Made by a program: the position numbers and the translations under genes. Shown piece by piece: positions 44,560 through 54,151 of a stretch of DNA of 64,000 nt; the stretch's first letter is position 1; each line of letters starts with the position of its first letter. This DNA comes from Nitrospirota bacterium (GTDB taxonomy: Bacteria; Nitrospirota; UBA9217): NCBI GenBank assembly GCA_963790205.1, contig CAWBNQ010000014.1:192001-256000 (forward strand). The letters are read 5' to 3'. The notes below the pieces were generated by a model that was not told the origin of the DNA, did not search any database, and was given only the letters and a program-made list of their open reading frames with translations.

Positions 44560-44967
44560 CTAAGATCGGAAGACGGAAGCCGATTTTAATCGTAGAAAGT
44601 CCCTTATCTTCTTGAATCGTCCGTTGTCTTTTTCGGAAATGAATGCCTCATTATAGTCAGCATTGGCCAGAAAGCACCATAAAAACATATTGTGTCGCCA
44701 TTTGCTTTTAACTTCTTTGTTCAAGTCGGCTTTGTTCAGTTGAAGTAGGTTATATATCCATTGGATTGCTGAAGCGGCAACAACAAATAATGCGCCGTAC
44801 ACTAAGATCGATACAATAATATCAGATATGGCGATATTGATTCCTGATCCGAATAATGCATCTGCTATGGCAAAAATGATCATTAAGAAAATGAAAAATA
44901 CGAAAAAGATGAAGTACAGATCGGAACGACTGGGATGGAGGTTATCATAGGCCCTCTGTCCGGTCAA
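44560..44967 (-). CDS. Hypothetical membrane protein (possibly 5'-truncated)
   Basis: AT-rich ORF with two hydrophobic segments; weak start. Confidence 0.5.
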   Translation of the reverse strand: MTGQRAYDNLHPSRSDLYFIFFVFFIFLMIIFAIADALFGSGINIAISDIIVSILVYGALFVVAASAIQWIYNLLQLNKADLNKEVKSKWRHNMFLWCFLANADYNEAFISEKDNGRFKKIRDFLRLKSASVFRS

Positions 44968-45246
44968 TAAAAAAACGGCTTAAGGTATCCAACAAATTTT
45001 ATTGCACTTTCTTCGGGACCAATATGCAAAATTGCATATAAGTTCTCCTGTGTCAGCCGTCCATGCAAATGATCCCGGACGACCGGAGAGCTCTATCATG
45101 CATTCCTTTTTTTTCTCCCGTCCGGGGATAAAAATAATACGTGAAAACTCGTGTCAATTCGTAGCTAACCCTTCACGCCCGGCCCGCCCTTCCCGAGTTT
45201 CCGCTCGACCTCGCGCGGATACGGGAACGTTCTTTTTTGCCTTCCA

Positions 45247-46071
45247 TCAGTGTTTTGATGAAGGCGGGCTCCCGCGGCCGAGGCTCGCGGTGATCTCGGC
45301 GCCGAAGAGAAACAGCGCCAGAGAAAAGTATATCCAGATAAGGATCACGAAGAGCGACTTGAAGGACCCGAAGGCGAAACCGTATCCGGGGTTATACGTG
45401 AGGAAAAGGTGAAAGGCCGGCCTCATCGCAAACCAGAGCGCAGAGGCCGCCAGGGCTCCGAGCACGAGATGGCGGACCCGCGTCTTCGACGAAAATGTAA
45501 AATAAAGCGCGAATACCGTGCCGGGGACTACGACGGCAGAAACGATTTTATCGAGGTAACCGGGAAGCAGCCGAAGCGGATGGAACCGTCCTTCCACGGT
45601 CAGCGCGACCCCGGCAACCGCCACGGCGAAAAACCCGATGAGGAACACGAGGCTGATGGCGGCATCAAAAAGTTTTTCGACGAGAAAAGACCTGCCTGAC
45701 TTTTTCAGGAAAATTGTGCCGAGCGATATGCGCATGTCCGCCACAAGCGGCGTAATGCTCCAGAAGAGCGCGAGGATATTTACGACGCCAATAGTGCCCT
45801 TGTGGCTTGCGATAACACCAACCTCCCGCAGGATCACCCGGCTGTAGGCCGGAATGAGCTGTGTCAAAAGCTCCTCCGTTTCCTGGAGCGCCTGCGTAGA
45901 CGATCCGATTGCGGCGCCAAGAAGAAACGTAAGGAGGAAAAGGGCGGGGATAAGCGCCAGGGTCGCCGTGAAGGCAAGCGACGAGGCGGCGGTCAGGTCG
46001 TTGTTTCTCCTGAATGACGCCGCTGCGTCTGCAAGGGTGACCCGGATTTTTTTGAAGAACTCGCCGAGCAT
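45247..46071 (-). CDS. YihY/virulence factor BrkB family membrane protein
   Basis: ASSLAF...YGFAFGSF...WIYFS...GAE. Confidence 0.88.
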   Translation of the reverse strand: MLGEFFKKIRVTLADAAASFRRNNDLTAASSLAFTATLALIPALFLLTFLLGAAIGSSTQALQETEELLTQLIPAYSRVILREVGVIASHKGTIGVVNILALFWSITPLVADMRISLGTIFLKKSGRSFLVEKLFDAAISLVFLIGFFAVAVAGVALTVEGRFHPLRLLPGYLDKIVSAVVVPGTVFALYFTFSSKTRVRHLVLGALAASALWFAMRPAFHLFLTYNPGYGFAFGSFKSLFVILIWIYFSLALFLFGAEITASLGRGSPPSSKH

Positions 46072-46320
46072 GTTTATCTCTCTGGGTCCTGGGTGGAACG
46101 GATGACCGGGCGGCAGACGGGAACTGTCTTTTTTCCCGCTCCGCTACGCGGCGGTGAAGCGTCATTATAGATGGTTGCGTTAAAATAGGCAAGGCGGCAG
46201 ACGCGAAAAAAAACCACCGGCGCGGCCCCCGGACCGGATTAAGCTTGACGGTCGATGCATTATATTCTATCATAAAACCACGCGCGAATAAGGCGAACTC
46301 ATGCCTATCCGGAGGCGACC

Positions 46321-46725
46321 ATGACAGACCACCAGATGGACAAAGACAGCACCCGCATACGGCCTCCGTCCACGTCCGGAGGGAAGATCCCGGAGCGATA
46401 CAGCGCATCCATCGTCATCGTGAACGGATACGCCGAAGGCATGGAGTATCCAATCACCGGAGAATACACCGTCATCGGCAGGGACAAGGACGCGGACATT
46501 GCGGTGAAGGACGCCCTGGTGTCGCGCTGGCATGTGGCGATCATCTATCATGAGGGAGAATTCACGATCAAGGACCTGGGGAGCACGAACGGCACGATGA
46601 TGAACGGCAACGTGATAGAGCTTGCCTCGTTGCGGCACCGGGACAAATTCCGCATTGGGGACACCACCATTCAATTCATCCTTCAGGACACGGGCGAAGG
46701 CAGGGTGTACGAGATCGCAGAATGA
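46321..46725 (+). CDS. FHA domain protein
   Basis: IGR, VSRWH, DLGSTNGT. Confidence 0.92.
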   Translation: MTDHQMDKDSTRIRPPSTSGGKIPERYSASIVIVNGYAEGMEYPITGEYTVIGRDKDADIAVKDALVSRWHVAIIYHEGEFTIKDLGSTNGTMMNGNVIELASLRHRDKFRIGDTTIQFILQDTGEGRVYEIAE

Positions 46726-47495
46726 CCATTATCTCCGCGGGTAAAACCGACACGGGCAAGACCAGGAAGAACAACGAAGATTCCTATCTGGTCGATGACG
46801 GCATGGGGCTGTATGCCGTCGCCGACGGCATCGGCGGCCACGAGGGCGGTGAAGTGGCGAGCCGCATGGCGATCGAAGGGCTTTCTCAGATCGTCCGGGA
46901 GCGATGTTCGGGTGCCGACAATACGCCGGCGCACGGCATCTCAGCGAAGGGTGATCCGGCCGGGGCTTTACTCAGCCGCGCCTTTACGCTGGCCAACGGG
47001 ACGATACGCCGGGCCGCTGCCGAAAATCCCGCTCTCCTCCGCATGGGGACCACGATGACGGCCCTCCTGCTTCGTGAAAAGACGGCCTACCTGGCCCATG
47101 TCGGCGACAGCCGGGCTTACCGGCTCAGGGACGGCGTCCTCACGCAGGTGACCGATGATCATACGGTCATTGCCGATCAGGTGCGCGCCGGCCTGCTCAC
47201 GCCCGGGCAGGCGCAAAAGAGCCCTTACCGTCATGTCATTACACGGGCGCTGGGAATCGACCCGGAGCTCATCGTCGACCACCAGGTGCTCGAGACCGGA
47301 CCGGACGATACCTTTCTCCTCTGTACGGACGGCCTCACGGAGATGGTTGATGACGAAACGATCCGGAGGATTCTATCAAACGCTTCTCCGCAAGAGGCGG
47401 CGGAACGACTTGTTCGTGAGGCGAATGACCGCGGCGGGGTGGATAATATAACCGTCGTTGTGATACATAATGAAGGACTAAAGGACCACGAATGA
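46722..47495 (+). CDS. PP2C-family Ser/Thr phosphatase
   Basis: NED, VADGIGG, MGTT, GDSR, CTDG, DNIT. Confidence 0.94.
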   Translation: MTIISAGKTDTGKTRKNNEDSYLVDDGMGLYAVADGIGGHEGGEVASRMAIEGLSQIVRERCSGADNTPAHGISAKGDPAGALLSRAFTLANGTIRRAAAENPALLRMGTTMTALLLREKTAYLAHVGDSRAYRLRDGVLTQVTDDHTVIADQVRAGLLTPGQAQKSPYRHVITRALGIDPELIVDHQVLETGPDDTFLLCTDGLTEMVDDETIRRILSNASPQEAAERLVREANDRGGVDNITVVVIHNEGLKDHE

Positions 47496-47535
47496 GCACC
47501 GGCAACTACCCGCGAACGGAGCGTGAAACAGCACT

Positions 47536-48681
47536 ATGCCGAGAAAGATAAAGGATGATTACGAGATAGTGGCCGAGCTTGGCGAAGGCGGCATGGCCAC
47601 GGTGTACAAAGCGGTCCAGAAATCGCTCAACCGGCCGGTCGCCGTCAAGGAGCTCAAGAAGGCCTATCACGCCGACAACGTGATCGTCCAGCGCTTCGTG
47701 CGCGAGGCGCGGCTCGCGGCCTCGTTCCAGCACGAGAACATCGTCCACATCTACGATTACGGGCACAAGCCCGAGTACTGCATCATCATGGAATACGTCG
47801 ATGGGACGTCCCTCGCGCGGATGATCCAGGAGATGGGACCGCTGCCCACGGACGTGGGGGTCATGATCGCCCTCCAGGTGGCGAACGCGCTCGAGTACGC
47901 GCATGCGCGCGGGATGGTCCACCGGGACATCAAGCCGGGCAATATCATGGTCAAGCGCAACGGAGAAGTAAAGGTCATGGACTTCGGCATTGCGTTGATA
48001 AAGAACCTCGAGTCCCTCACGATGCCCGGCACGCTCGTCGGCACTCCATCCTATATGTCGCCGGAGCAGATCGTCGGCGACCCCTTGGACGCGAGGTCCG
48101 ACATCTTTTCCTTCGGCATCGTGCTCTACGAAATGTTCACCGGCATGAAGCCCTTCCAGGATGAAAAAACGGCCTCGATCACCGCGAAGATCGTACGAGG
48201 GAAATTCCCGTCCCCGCGCAGCGTCAACAGCGAAGTGCCGCGGAGTATCCAGCGCATCATCAGGAAGTGCATGAAGAAAAAACCGCACAAGCGCTACGGG
48301 TCCATGCAGGAGCTTGCGCGGGCGCTGGGGAAGCGCATCAGGGGAATGGACAAGCCGTCGTCGCTCAAACGGATCTCTGATTATCTCGTGGAGGCGAAGC
48401 TGGCCGAGGCGCCGCCCGCGGATGAGACGGTCGTCATCTACAAGGCGCCGGGGATAGGCACCTTTACGAGGATAGTGCTGATAACCACGTGCATTCTCAT
48501 CCTGCTCTCGGGAGCGATAGGTTATTATTCCTGGACTAAGGCCCGGGCAGCGCGCGTACAACAGACGGTCCCCGCGGTTGTACAGCCTGCTCCCGGCCCT
48601 GTCAGCATGCCGACCAGCACAACGGCGACATCGCCGGCCGCAGCGCCCGGCATGGCGGGGTCCGGGAAAAGATCCGAATAA
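47536..48681 (+). CDS. Hanks-type Ser/Thr kinase with C-terminal TM and short tail
   Basis: GEGGMA, VAVK, HRDIKPGN, DFG, GTPSYMSPE. Confidence 0.95.
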   Translation: MPRKIKDDYEIVAELGEGGMATVYKAVQKSLNRPVAVKELKKAYHADNVIVQRFVREARLAASFQHENIVHIYDYGHKPEYCIIMEYVDGTSLARMIQEMGPLPTDVGVMIALQVANALEYAHARGMVHRDIKPGNIMVKRNGEVKVMDFGIALIKNLESLTMPGTLVGTPSYMSPEQIVGDPLDARSDIFSFGIVLYEMFTGMKPFQDEKTASITAKIVRGKFPSPRSVNSEVPRSIQRIIRKCMKKKPHKRYGSMQELARALGKRIRGMDKPSSLKRISDYLVEAKLAEAPPADETVVIYKAPGIGTFTRIVLITTCILILLSGAIGYYSWTKARAARVQQTVPAVVQPAPGPVSMPTSTTATSPAAAPGMAGSGKRSE

Positions 48682-48769
48682 CTATTCGCGCTCTCAAAGC
48701 GACCGGGCGCCCTGTTCGCGCAATAAACCTCCGCGCCGCTCACGCGTTCCGCGCCCTTCGGTTCTTCTC

Positions 48770-49528
48770 CTATGAAGCAAGGTCCCTTGTAATCTCATCC
48801 TTGATGAATTTTCTGATGAACTCCCGGTCCTCGCCGGAGATCTCGACGAATTTCATCCCCATACCCGGCTCCTTGAGCGGCCCGCTGGCCCCGGTGATAC
48901 AGTACAACACCATGGCCCGGGCCTTAACCCGCCTGCCGGGGACCAAGATCGTGATAGGAAGCATGGAGTTCACCGGCCGCGCTTGATTGGTCCTGATGTA
49001 GATGCCGTTCTCCGAGAGGGCCGTGACGCACTCGCTGCTCGCAGCGGAGCCTTTCGCCCCGTCGCCGAGAAGGACCGGAAGACAGGTCTTGAACCGGATA
49101 TAGTGCCGCGGCGTCGCCTCGATGGCGTACTGGATCGACCGGTACAGCGTATTGGGATCAACGGGCTTTCCAAGGAAGGATGCGCATCCTGCGACCATGC
49201 AGAGTTCTTCGACTTTCGGGTCCTTCATGTGGGTATGGACGATGACGGGGAGGTCCTTGGTCTGCGGGTCCTGCTTGACCCGGCTCAGGAGGTCCATCCC
49301 GCTCATCCTGGGCAGCAGCAGCTCCGTGATGATCGCCGAAGGCCGCGCAATTTCCATGAACCGGAGGCAGTCCTCGGCACTGCCCGCGGTAAAAATGGTA
49401 TAGTCCAGCCTCTGGAGAACCATGCCGGCAGAGAACAGTTCAGCGGAATTGCCGTCTACCACAACAAGATAGTGTTTTTTCTCGCCACGAGGAGGTTTCT
49501 GCGTTTTGACCGGTGTTCTCGTCGTCAT
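48770..49528 (-). CDS. Pseudo-receiver + PilZ protein
   Basis: Receiver fold with ITELLLP; RHYIR and LSENG. Confidence 0.83.
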   Translation of the reverse strand: MTTRTPVKTQKPPRGEKKHYLVVVDGNSAELFSAGMVLQRLDYTIFTAGSAEDCLRFMEIARPSAIITELLLPRMSGMDLLSRVKQDPQTKDLPVIVHTHMKDPKVEELCMVAGCASFLGKPVDPNTLYRSIQYAIEATPRHYIRFKTCLPVLLGDGAKGSAASSECVTALSENGIYIRTNQARPVNSMLPITILVPGRRVKARAMVLYCITGASGPLKEPGMGMKFVEISGEDREFIRKFIKDEITRDLAS

Positions 49529-49573
49529 GGTAAGCCTCAATCCCGGAACGAGCAGCTGCCGGCGGTATCGTCT

Positions 49574-50305
49574 TCAGACTCCCTGGGGGGCAATGTCTCC
49601 GATAAGCTGATCTTTGATGAAATTTCTGATCTCACTCCGGTCCGTATCGGAGATTTCGACGAACTTCATGCCCATGCCCGGCTCCTTATACGGCCCGCCG
49701 GCCATGGCGAAGCTGTAGAGCACGACTGCCTTCGCCGTGATCTCTTTCTTCGGGAGAAAGATGCGGACCATCGCCAGCGCGTTCTGCGGCTGTGGAGCAT
49801 GGGTCCGCACATAGAGGCCGCCCTCGGAAAGGGCGGTAGCGTACTCGATCCTTGCGGCGCCGCCCGCCGCCGTCCCGCCCTCCACGATCACCTTGAGCGA
49901 CGTGTTGAGCCGTATGTTTGCGCGGGGGAGGGACTCCGACACGGATTGGAGCGTGCGATAAAGCACGTCGGGTTCCACAGGCTTGAAAAGATAGGCGGCG
50001 CATCCCAATCGAGTACAGGCGTCCTTCAGTCCCGGATCGCTCTCCGACGTCAGCATCACGACGGGAACGGCTTTCAACTTCTGGCTGTTCTTTATGTGCT
50101 TGAGCAGGTCGGCCCCGCTCATGTTCAACAGGGAAGTCTCGCTCAGCACGATGGAGGGGACGGCGCTCTCCATCATGCGGAGGGCGTCTTCAGCGCTCCG
50201 CGCCGTCTCCACCGTGTATTCAAGCCGCTTGAGCAGCATCCCGAGATAGAAAAGGATGGAGGGGCTGCCGTCCACGAGCAGGATGGTGCGGGTCTCACGG
50301 TCCAT
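49574..50305 (-). CDS. Pseudo-receiver + PilZ protein (paralogue)
   Basis: LSETSL; RANIR and LSEGG; shares KEPGMGMKFVEIS with its neighbour. Confidence 0.83.
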   Translation of the reverse strand: MDRETRTILLVDGSPSILFYLGMLLKRLEYTVETARSAEDALRMMESAVPSIVLSETSLLNMSGADLLKHIKNSQKLKAVPVVMLTSESDPGLKDACTRLGCAAYLFKPVEPDVLYRTLQSVSESLPRANIRLNTSLKVIVEGGTAAGGAARIEYATALSEGGLYVRTHAPQPQNALAMVRIFLPKKEITAKAVVLYSFAMAGGPYKEPGMGMKFVEISDTDRSEIRNFIKDQLIGDIAPQGV

Positions 50306-50915
50306 GGAGCCCCGCCTTTCTATTACCGCATCGAAGTAGTAACATTATCAAAAGAATATCATCTCTTTCATTTTTTATCAATACCCCAAAAATACCCCGT
50401 CTAATTTCTTGACAATAAATTAAGCGGTCTATACAATCAACGGTAATCCTGAAATTTAGTGTGATTCGGAAACAATAAAGGGAGCAAACCACGAATACCG
50501 ATTATTCAACCTGCCCTTGGACAACCACCATGCAGAAAGGAGCTTATCATGGAAAAAGTCCTGTTTGTTTTTTGCGGTCTTCTCATATTCACCGGTTTTG
50601 CACTGGGACAAACGGGAGTAAAACTTTCATGACCCCGGATTTACAGCCTGAAAGGAATGCGGCCGGAGAAAGAGACGCATGGTCATGGAGACCGCCGAAG
50701 GGAGTCGGCGGCTTTCTCTAAAGGAATAACTGCCGTATGGAGATTTCGTGCTCGGGCGGCACAGGAAACGGCTCGGAGAGATTGTCTTAAAGGTAGTGGG
50801 GGGGGGATCGTGGGGGAGACGGCTTTCGCGGTCAATGAAGCTTATAAAGGGGCCTCTGGTAAGGAGATGCAACGTTTCACCCCGGACGATGCATGTAATT
50901 TCCCAAAGCACCGGC

Positions 50916-51689
50916 CTAAAACGAGATCGACTCGAATTCGGGCCGAAGCAGAATAAATTTATTTTTTAGAACCTGTATTTCACCGCTTTTCTGCCACTTG
51001 TCCAATACGCGCGTCACGGTCTCGCGCGTGAGACCGGTCATATCGGCGATATCCTGATGGATAAGCTTGATGTTCAGCACCGTTCCCGTTCCCTTGGGAG
51101 TCTTCGTGCCGTACGTCTCGGAGAGTATGAGCAACAGCATCTTGACCCGCTGCGAAGCGTTGTTGAAGTTCAGAAGCTGAATCCTTTTCCACGCTTCGCG
51201 GAGCCGTAGGCTGAGGATATGGAGCAGATTTTCCAGCACCTTTCGTTGACCGAAGAGGAGGTCGTAAAAATCCTTCCTTGAGATAATGGCTGTGACCGAA
51301 TCTCTGGTCGCCGTTACCGTCGCGGGAGCGGTCTGGCCGTCGATCAGGGACAACTCGCCGAAAAAATCTCCGGCCTTGTGCATGGTGACAATGATCCCTT
51401 TTCCTTCTCCGGTCACCTGGATGACCTTGGCTTCGCCCTCGAGGATGATGTACATGAACTCATTGGTATTCTCTTCATGAAGGATGGTCTCGTTCTTCCT
51501 GAATTTCTTGATCGCGACCTTTTCCTGTACCTCCCGCAGTTCATCCTGAGTGAGGGAAGAAAACAGTTCGATCTTTTTTAAGCCATCATGCCCGTAAGGC
51601 TCTTTCACGAGGCTCCTTAAAACCCGCTCGCTTCCGCCGCTCTTTGCACGGCTTTTCTGTCTTGTGCTATGATCATGCGCTTTATTCAT
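50916..51689 (-). CDS. Crp/Fnr family transcriptional regulator
   Basis: FFGELSL cNMP-domain motif; HQDIADMTGLTRETVTR HTH. Confidence 0.93.
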   Translation of the reverse strand: MNKAHDHSTRQKSRAKSGGSERVLRSLVKEPYGHDGLKKIELFSSLTQDELREVQEKVAIKKFRKNETILHEENTNEFMYIILEGEAKVIQVTGEGKGIIVTMHKAGDFFGELSLIDGQTAPATVTATRDSVTAIISRKDFYDLLFGQRKVLENLLHILSLRLREAWKRIQLLNFNNASQRVKMLLLILSETYGTKTPKGTGTVLNIKLIHQDIADMTGLTRETVTRVLDKWQKSGEIQVLKNKFILLRPEFESISF

Positions 51690-51851
51690 ATACGTTTTAG
51701 ATTATACTGAATACCCGGATACGTGCAAGATTATTTTCTGATAATTGCTCTCGCGGGCCTCAATAAATCAATCATCCGGTGAATTTCATACGACGAAAGT
51801 AGGCGATTTAACGAGAGAAAAAGCATTTAAGCCGTCACTATCATACGATTG

Positions 51852-51894
51852 TGTGATTACAATCACATATTCCTATAATCAACCAATGTAAGAT
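51852..51894 (+). promoter_or_regulatory. CRP box with class II-spaced -10 element
   Basis: TGTGA-TTACAA-TCACA at 51852-51867; TAAGAT at 51889. Confidence 0.75.
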
Positions 51895-51973
51895 TACGGC
51901 ACGAAATTTTAGTGGTCTTGACAGCGCCTGTTCATTCATAAGGAACTCAAAAAGCATTTACTTTCTTCCCTGC

Positions 51974-52063
51974 TCGGAGCAAACCGGAGGGTAAAACCCT
52001 GGGGCGCAGATCATTATAATAATAATACGGGACCGCTGGGCAGAGATCATCCGTTGTCCGAAA
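51974..52063 (+). ncRNA. Possible c-di-GMP-I (GEMM)-like riboswitch, degenerate
   Basis: GCAAACC...GGGGCGCAGA...CGGGACC...TTGTCCGAAA resembles the GEMM-I pattern; followed by a terminator. Confidence 0.45.
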
Positions 52064-52064
52064 T

Positions 52065-52094
52065 GCCGCTGGGGAATGTCCTCCGGCGGTTTTT
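52065..52094 (+). terminator. Intrinsic terminator in the 5' leader
   Basis: gccgctgggg-aatgt-cctccggcgg followed by ttttt, upstream of the start codon. Confidence 0.6.
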
Positions 52095-52121
52095 GTGAAT
52101 TCATATAATTTGGAGGCGACT

Positions 52122-52517
52122 ATGGGCATCATGAGGCTTTTTTCTGTTTTCTTCCTGGCGTTATTCCTCGCATCGGCAGTAGCGGGATGTGGCGGTGCAA
52201 GCGGAAGTGACACGTTATCATCTCCTGCCGTCAGTCCCCCGCCGGTCAGCGGTGGCACCACGACGGAGACTGCCACGCTTGCATGGAGCGCGCCGATAAC
52301 GAACACGGACGGAACGCCCCTGACGGACCTTGCCGGGTATAAAGTGCATTACGGGAAGTCTTCCGGGACCTATACGAACACCGTTAGCATCGGAAAGGTG
52401 ACAAGCTATTCGATCAATAATCTTGCTCCGGGCACTTATTACTTCACGGTCACGGCCTATGATACGACCGGGCTGGAAAGCGGCTATTCGAACGAGGTGA
52501 GCAAGGTCGTTCTGTAA
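52122..52517 (+). CDS. Lipoprotein with a single fibronectin type III domain
   Basis: VAGC lipobox; ATLAWSAP...LAGYKVHYG...LAPGTYYFTVTAYD...ESGYSNEV. Confidence 0.88.
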   Translation: MGIMRLFSVFFLALFLASAVAGCGGASGSDTLSSPAVSPPPVSGGTTTETATLAWSAPITNTDGTPLTDLAGYKVHYGKSSGTYTNTVSIGKVTSYSINNLAPGTYYFTVTAYDTTGLESGYSNEVSKVVL

Positions 52518-52572
52518 TGCGGCCTTGCCGTCCATCTCCTCCCTCATGCGGCTGTTTCAGCGCACCACAGGC

Positions 52573-53967
52573 CTACGAAGGCTGCTGATGCGTTACGTGA
52601 AACAGCCCGTGCTTTTTCATGATGTCATAGAAGGTCGGCCGGCTGATCCCGAGCTCTTCGGCGGCGTGCGCGATGTTTCCCTTATGCCGGTCCCTGGCCG
52701 ACAGGATCATCTCGCGTTCCACCCGGTCCCGCGCATTTTTCAGGGTACTGCCTTCCGGCATCATGTCGGCCGCGTGCGGCTGCGTCGGCTTTGCTGAAAA
52801 CCCGAGGTCGTGAGGCTCAATGAGGGCGCCCTCGGAAAGAATAACGGCCCGCTGGATTTTATTTTCAAGTTCGCGGACGTTTCCAGGCCAGGCATAGTCC
52901 TCCATCAATTCGAGCGAAGCGGCGCTGAATCCTTTTATCCTCTTCTTAAACTCTTCATTGAACCGCTTGAGGAAAAGAGTGCCGAGGAGCGTGATATCGC
53001 CCTTCCGCTCCCGCAGCGGCGGTAGGTGGATCGTGACCACGCCGATCCGGTAGTAGAGGTCTTCCCTGAACCGGCCTGCAGTGATTTCATCACCGATATT
53101 CCGGTTCGTCGCGGCGATTATCCGCGCATCAACGGTAATGTCCTCTCTGCCGCCGACCCGCTGTATCGTCTTGTCCTGAAGGAACCGCAGCAGCTTGACC
53201 TGCAGGGGGGCCGGAAGCTCCCCGATTTCGTCGAGGAACAGGGTCCCCGTATGGGCGTACTCCACCTTACCCTGAACCTGGACATGGGCGCCGGTAAACG
53301 CCCCCTTCTCGTGCCCGAACAACTCCGATTCGAGCAGGTTCTCCGGGATCGCTCCGCAATTGATCGTGACGAAGTCCCGCGCCCGCCGCGGACTCGCCGC
53401 ATGAATTGCCCGGGCGACAAGCTCCTTGCCCGTCCCGCTTTCCCCCTGGACCAGCACCGCGACGTCGGAGGTGGCCACTTTTCTGATGGTGCCAAACACG
53501 TCGAGCATGGAGGGGCACTGGCCGATGATGCCCGTCATGACGCTGCTCTTTTTGTCGAGGGCGGTGCGCAATCTTCGGTTCTCCTCTTCCAGGGCGGAAA
53601 GGTGGAAGGCGCGCTTGATGATTATCTTCAACTCTCCCAGATCAATAGGTTTCTGCAGAAAATCATAGGCCCCGCTCTGCACGGCCCGCAGGGCGTTTCC
53701 GGTGTCGCCGCTGCCGGTCACGATGATGATCTTCGAGAACGGGTGTCCCGTAAGCATCTCGTCGAGGCAGCGGAATCCCTCCTCCGTACCATTCCCGTGC
53801 GCGGGTAATCCGAGGTCGAGCACTACGACCTTGGGCCGGTGCTTCAGAAAAAGCGCCTGCGCTTCTTGAGCGTCTCCGGCGAGCAGCATAGTATACTCAT
53901 TCGTGCAGCCCCACTTCAGCTGTTTCCGGATGTCCTCGGAATCATCGACGATCAGCAGTTTTTCCAT
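52573..53967 (-). CDS. prsR: Sigma54-dependent response regulator, PEP-CTERM system PrsR type
   Basis: Receiver, [21 protein letters not shown], Fis HTH; follows prsK. Confidence 0.85.
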   Translation of the reverse strand: MEKLLIVDDSEDIRKQLKWGCTNEYTMLLAGDAQEAQALFLKHRPKVVVLDLGLPAHGNGTEEGFRCLDEMLTGHPFSKIIIVTGSGDTGNALRAVQSGAYDFLQKPIDLGELKIIIKRAFHLSALEEENRRLRTALDKKSSVMTGIIGQCPSMLDVFGTIRKVATSDVAVLVQGESGTGKELVARAIHAASPRRARDFVTINCGAIPENLLESELFGHEKGAFTGAHVQVQGKVEYAHTGTLFLDEIGELPAPLQVKLLRFLQDKTIQRVGGREDITVDARIIAATNRNIGDEITAGRFREDLYYRIGVVTIHLPPLRERKGDITLLGTLFLKRFNEEFKKRIKGFSAASLELMEDYAWPGNVRELENKIQRAVILSEGALIEPHDLGFSAKPTQPHAADMMPEGSTLKNARDRVEREMILSARDRHKGNIAHAAEELGISRPTFYDIMKKHGLFHVTHQQPS

Positions 53968-54151
53968 GGCAACGCTCTCCTTTATTTTTCCGGCCCCTTT
54001 CTTACCAGGCGTAGAGGTGGTCCTGGGACCGGCACGCCCCTCCACCGTATCGCTCACGATGTCCTTCATTGACCGATGCTCCCTGGAAGCAGCGAGGCGA
54101 GAGAGATCAACGACATCGACGGCACGGCGGCAATGACTGATTCGGCAGGAC

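Noticed and set aside
50630..50956. Second selenoprotein by read-through of the TGA at 50630 into ORF 50657-50956
   Set aside because: No redox motif, no clear SECIS hairpin, and the downstream frame is not protein-like
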